Assembly: GCA_964652825.1 (NCBI GenBank) | Contig: CAZZCU010000001.1 | Coordinates: forward strand, 67,249-131,248 | Source: an uncultured Oligoflexales bacterium | GTDB taxonomy: Bacteria; Bdellovibrionota_B; Oligoflexia; Oligoflexales; CAZZCU01 | Reading direction: 5' to 3' | Length of the DNA: 64,000 nucleotides | Shown here: piece after piece, positions 62,348 through 64,000 of the stretch | Position numbering within the stretch: the stretch's first letter is position 1 | Layout of the letters: each line of letters begins with the position of its first letter | Made by a program: the position numbers and the translations under genes | Notes under the pieces: model-generated | The model's input: only the letters and a program-made list of their open reading frames with translations | The model's database searches: none | What the model was told of the DNA's origin: nothing

Positions 62348-64000
62348 ATGGAACAGAATCTTAGAGTGACCACCAGAAACATCGAAGAGGAAATGCGTAC
62401 TGCATTCCTTGATTATTCGATGAGCGTTATTGTTTCGCGCGCGCTACCAGATGTGCGTGATGGTATGAAGCCGGTGCATCGACGCATTTTGTTTGCGATG
62501 CATGGCCTTAAGAATTATCACAATCGTCCTTATTTAAAATCCGCCCGCGTTGTCGGTGATGTTATCGGTAAGTATCACCCGCACGGCGATTCGCCGGTTT
62601 ACGAAGCACTGGTGCGCTTGGCCCAGAATTTTGCCATGCGCTACCCGTTGGTGGATGGTCAGGGTAACTTCGGCTCTATCGATGGCGATTTCGCGGCCGC
62701 TATGCGTTATACCGAAGTTCGTTTGGAAGAGCTCACCGAATTGATGCTGACCGATCTCGATAAAGAGACGGTGGATTTTGGTCCTAACTATGACAACAAA
62801 GAAGAAGAGCCGCTGGTGTTACCAGCGAAATTCCCGAATCTATTGGTGAATGGCGCGGCAGGTATCGCGGTTGGTATGGCGACGAATATTCCACCGCATA
62901 ATTTGCGCGAAGTAGTCTTGGCACTGGAAACTCTGATCGATGAACCGGAAATCAGCATTCATGATTTAATGCGCTACATTCCCGGACCGGATTTTCCGAC
63001 AGCGGCGACTATCATGGGCACCGCCGGCATAAGACAAGCGTATTTGACCGGCCGCGGCTCGGTGGTTATGCGTGCTCGCGCGCATATCGAGGAAAGTGGC
63101 AAAGGCAATGGTCGTCAGCGGATTATCATCACGGAAATCCCTTATCAGGTGAACAAGGCGCGTTTGATCGAGCGCATTGCTGAATTGGTGCGTGATAAAA
63201 AGATCGAAGGAATCTCCGATATTCGTGATGAATCAGCGCGCGAAGAGATCCGTGTCGTAGTCGATATTAAGCGTGACGAACAAGCGGAAATCATTCTGAA
63301 TAATTTGTACAAGCAAACGCCAATGCAGTCGTCGTTTGGCGTGAACATGGTGGCCTTGGTTAAAGGCATACCGCGTGTTTTGAATCTAAAAGAAATTCTT
63401 GAGTATTATCTGATCCATCGCCGCGAAGTCGTGCTACGCCGCACCGCATATGAATTGCGCCGTGCCGAAGACAAAATCCATATTTTGCTGGGCTTAAAAA
63501 TAGCCGTGGAAAATATCGATGCAGTCGTAAAATTGATCCGCGGTGCTGCGGACAGTGCTGAGGCACATGCTGGCTTAGTGTCGCAATTCAAGTTGAGCGA
63601 TATTCAGGCAAAAGCAATTTTGGACATGCGTCTGGCGCGTTTGACCGGCCTAGAGCGCGACAAGATTATCGCCGAATACGAAGAAACGCTGCGCATCATC
63701 GCTGATTTGAAGGATATTCTCGATAATCCCCCGCGCGTAACGCAAATCATTCGTGATGAACTGACCGAGCTCAAGGAAAAATTCGGTGATGATCGTCGCA
63801 CGGAAATCACCGCCGCCGCAGATGATTTAACGATGGAAAGTCTGGTGGCTGATGAAGAAGTGGTTGTGACGGTTTCGCACGCCGGTTACGTGAAACGCAC
63901 GCCGATCTCGGCTATTCGAGCTCAACGTCGCGGCGGTAAAGGCCGCACCGGCATGAAGACCAAAGAGGAAGATCTGGTTAAGGATCTCTTTATTACCTCG
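62348..64000 (+). CDS. gyrA: DNA gyrase subunit A (5' part, runs off the window)
   Basis: My own translation from ATG 62348: [51 protein letters not shown]..., with active-site AAMRYTE near 62697-62717. The frame stays open to 64000, so it is absent from the ORF track. Confidence 0.95.
   Translation, partial: MEQNLRVTTRNIEEEMRTAFLDYSMSVIVSRALPDVRDGMKPVHRRILFAMHGLKNYHNRPYLKSARVVGDVIGKYHPHGDSPVYEALVRLAQNFAMRYPLVDGQGNFGSIDGDFAAAMRYTEVRLEELTELMLTDLDKETVDFGPNYDNKEEEPLVLPAKFPNLLVNGAAGIAVGMATNIPPHNLREVVLALETLIDEPEISIHDLMRYIPGPDFPTAATIMGTAGIRQAYLTGRGSVVMRARAHIEESGKGNGRQRIIITEIPYQVNKARLIERIAELVRDKKIEGISDIRDESAREEIRVVVDIKRDEQAEIILNNLYKQTPMQSSFGVNMVALVKGIPRVLNLKEILEYYLIHRREVVLRRTAYELRRAEDKIHILLGLKIAVENIDAVVKLIRGAADSAEAHAGLVSQFKLSDIQAKAILDMRLARLTGLERDKIIAEYEETLRIIADLKDILDNPPRVTQIIRDELTELKEKFGDDRRTEITAAADDLTMESLVADEEVVVTVSHAGYVKRTPISAIRAQRRGGKGRTGMKTKEEDLVKDLFITS

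Overview
This is a gene-dense core chromosomal window from an unidentified Gram-negative, proteobacteria-like bacterium, and it spans the replication origin. The lineage guess rests on RpoH, YajC, a LysM lipoprotein, single-cytochrome-b SdhCAB, split PurS/Q/L and b plus b-prime ATP synthase stalk subunits. Gene order, left to right: a partial CDS, a Nudix hydrolase, an NAD-IDH-like dehydrogenase, a PP2C phosphatase, an M23 peptidase, secA, a tail-anchored hypothetical, rph(-) and a small RHH-like protein. A long minus-strand run follows: purF, purL, purQ, purS, sdhB, sdhA, sdhC, an M16 peptidase, a beta-barrel OMP candidate, yajC and an ICMT-like methyltransferase. Next come a uvrD-like helicase, a 724-aa Gly-rich/FN3-like secreted protein, rpoH(-), a lipid-kinase-like/AmgK-like/MurU-like trio, a LysM lipoprotein(-) and a polytopic membrane protein. 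Then an abbreviated dcw cluster: mraZ rsmH ftsL ftsI murE murD ftsW murC ftsQ ftsA ftsZ. A second minus-strand run holds an SDR, a GT4, atpC-D-G-A-H-F-F', parB-parA, three perfect parS sites and atpE-atpB-atpI-atpZ. The window ends with dnaA, candidate oriC, dnaN, gyrB and partial gyrA on the plus strand. I saw no rRNA, tRNA, CRISPR array, transposase/integrase or recognisable defence genes. I could not identify a discrete novel multi-gene system. The most noteworthy observations are these: (1) the origin/partition architecture, with DnaA boxes, a (TAC)4 trio-like repeat and an AT-rich tract between dnaA and dnaN, and a parS triplet upstream of parA whose last copy forms the atpE terminator stem; (2) parAB sitting inside the F-type ATPase cluster; (3) a dcw cluster with no room for murF/mraY/murG/murB/ddl; (4) a large Gly-rich secreted protein; (5) a kinase/kinase/nucleotidyltransferase trio; (6) translationally overlapping sdh-pur genes. 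All calls come from reading motifs in the supplied translations and the DNA. No database search or computation was possible, so family names are motif-level assignments.
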